A DNA stretch of 64,000 bases from Podarcis muralis. Its lineage: Eukaryota. The first letter of the stretch is position 1. The number at the start of each line of letters is the position of its first letter. Under the pieces are notes generated by a model, which ran no database searches, was not told the DNA's origin, and saw only the letters and a list, made by a program, of their open reading frames with translations. Positions 62,144 to 64,000 of this stretch are shown one piece after another. The DNA is taken from assembly GCF_964188315.1 (NCBI RefSeq), contig NC_135656.1:35402001-35466000 (forward strand). The letters are read 5' to 3'. Both the position numbers and the translations under genes were made by a program.

Positions 62144-62508
62144 GTAAAGGTAAAGGTAAAGGTACCCCTGCCCGTACGGGCCAGTCTTGCCAGACTCTAG
62201 GGTTGTGCGCTCATCTCACTCTATAGGCCGGGAGCCAGCGCTGTCCGCAGACACTTCTGGGTCACGTGGCCAGCGTGACAAGCTGCATCTGGCGAGCCAG
62301 CGCAGCACACGGAACGCTGTTTACCTTCCCGCTGGTAAGCGGTCCCTATTTATCTACTTGCACCCGAAGGTGCTTTCAAACTGCTAGGTTGGCAGGCGCT
62401 GGGACCGAACGACGGGAGCGCACCCCGCCACGGGGATTCGAACCACCGACCTTTCGATCGGCAAGTCCTAGGCGCTGGGGCTTTAACCCACAGCGCCACC
62501 CGCGTCCC
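62144..62508 (-). mobile_element. Sauria SINE, full length (EVPL intron 1)
   Basis: Reverse complement of the 29001 copy with few differences; (AAAGGT)n tail on plus; approximate TSD ggttttttaaa. Confidence 0.92.
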
Positions 62509-64000
62509 GGTTTTTTAAAAAGAACCTACTAAATATACTTTTTGGTTACCAAAGCTTTGTATTCACACTTTGAATGGAAATCATTATTCACAAATATACT
62601 ATATACCTATCATTCAAATGTTACAAGATAAAAATACCATTACATGACAGCTTTTGAACAGTAAATACTATTGCATGCCAGCTATCAAATGCTGTCAAAT
62701 ATCACAAACAACCAGTTGTTTTCAAACTCTCTTCTGGGGAGCTCACTTCAACTGTCCCCTATTCCTTCACTTTAAACCCCATTCCTGAGCCATGCCTTGA
62801 TGCCTGATTCTCCCCCATCAGCCCCTGAATATTGGGATTGAAGGTGATTTCAAACCTGACGTTTTACCACCCCATGATTGAAATCAAAAGAGAGAACAGC
62901 TCCCCTTTGATATCATTAACTGTCAGCTCTTCCTGTCTCTAGTCTCCACATTGTGTCATGGACAGAGAGTTTAGCAATACTCTTCTGTGAGAAGAACAAC
63001 AACTGATGTTACTTCAACAATCACAAGAGAATGAGTATGTTATATGGGCACACAGCGTGTTCTTGTGGGACTCAACATTGCCCTTGTGAGTGAACTGAGT
63101 GTGTATGAACCCGATAACAAGCACCAGAATCATTTTCAGGGTTCCTCCACAAGAATATTGTGGCACACAGAGGTTCCTTGGCAGGTGCCAAAGTAGAAAG
63201 TGTTCCTTGAAGGTAGGACGCTTGATAGCCACTGTACCATTACATATCAGCTGCCCATGCTGGTAACTAACACTGTACTGTGTTGCATATCGACGCTGCA
63301 AAATATAATGGTTGGTAACAACTGAATGCTGGTTACAAGTATATTTGGTAAATATTATTCAGTGAATATCTGGAGGGTATTTTGTGTTTTTGTTTTTTAA
63401 AAAAAACTGGAAAGGAAAACTCATTTTCCCAACCTTAAATACAGTTGACATAATTTTACACACACACACACAAATTTGTATGCATTTTATACATTTCTAC
63501 CAGCATATAATATATTTGTATATAAATGCATCCAATATACAAATTTTTGTAAGCGATTTCCCCAAATATTATATATTTCTTGTATGTGATCTTCACTGAT
63601 ATACACAATTTTGTGTATATGCATTTCTGTACAAATTTTTGCTGGAGAATGGCATTGTAAAATTCATACAAGTGCAACTTTTCAAAGGTTAGCTGTGTTT
63701 TGGTTCGCGTATTTGTTCAAGTAGTATGAATTAAGCAGTTTCTCCTTAAAATGCAAGCTTGAACAAAATTCTCCTCCATCTCTGCTAACACACAATGCTA
63801 TGTCTTTAGCATGCACAGATTAAAAATGGCAGCATAAACTCTGAAAAGAAGTATCTGAAGCTAAGGATTGTATTAATTCACCCGGAAGCTAGCAATTGGT
63901 CAAGGCTCTGTGACACATGTATATGCATTTAAGCACATGCTTTTTGTCTCCTGTACTGTGGAATTGTAAGCCAAAGTCAAAATAAACTGGCTTATTTCAG

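Noticed and set aside
61141-64000. EVPL exon 1 within the window
   Set aside because: No minus-strand match to the Ser/Lys/Gly-rich MFKGLS-type N-terminus and no promoter-like island; it probably lies beyond 64000

Overview
Intron-rich vertebrate genomic DNA, most likely a squamate (lacertid-type lizard, inferred from four near full-length Sauria SINE copies). It matches the conserved ACOX1-TEN1-CDK3-EVPL block. ACOX1 (minus strand) is represented by its 5' part: exons 1, 2 and the two mutually exclusive 161-nt exons 3a/3b; later exons were not found and presumably lie left of the window. TEN1 (plus, 3 coding exons, 127 aa) is head-to-head with ACOX1 across a CpG-island bidirectional promoter. 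CDK3 (plus, 7 coding exons, 309 aa) is complete and intact. EVPL (envoplakin, minus) is tail-to-tail with CDK3; exons 2-22 are present and exon 1 was not found. All exon chains were assembled by hand from splice signals and reading phase; exon numbers follow the human genes from memory. Introns carry Sauria SINEs, other tRNA-derived SINEs, L2/CR1/RTE LINE fragments and Tc1-mariner, hAT and Harbinger-type MITEs. I found no prokaryote-type system or clearly new gene. The most interesting leads are: a GC splice donor in EVPL shadowed by a duplicated, frame-shifting GT donor; an E-box+ETS module duplicated in the promoter and also carried by Sauria SINEs; long palindromes in CpG-rich MITEs; and an unexplained 1.5-kb stretch between the ACOX1 alternative exons.
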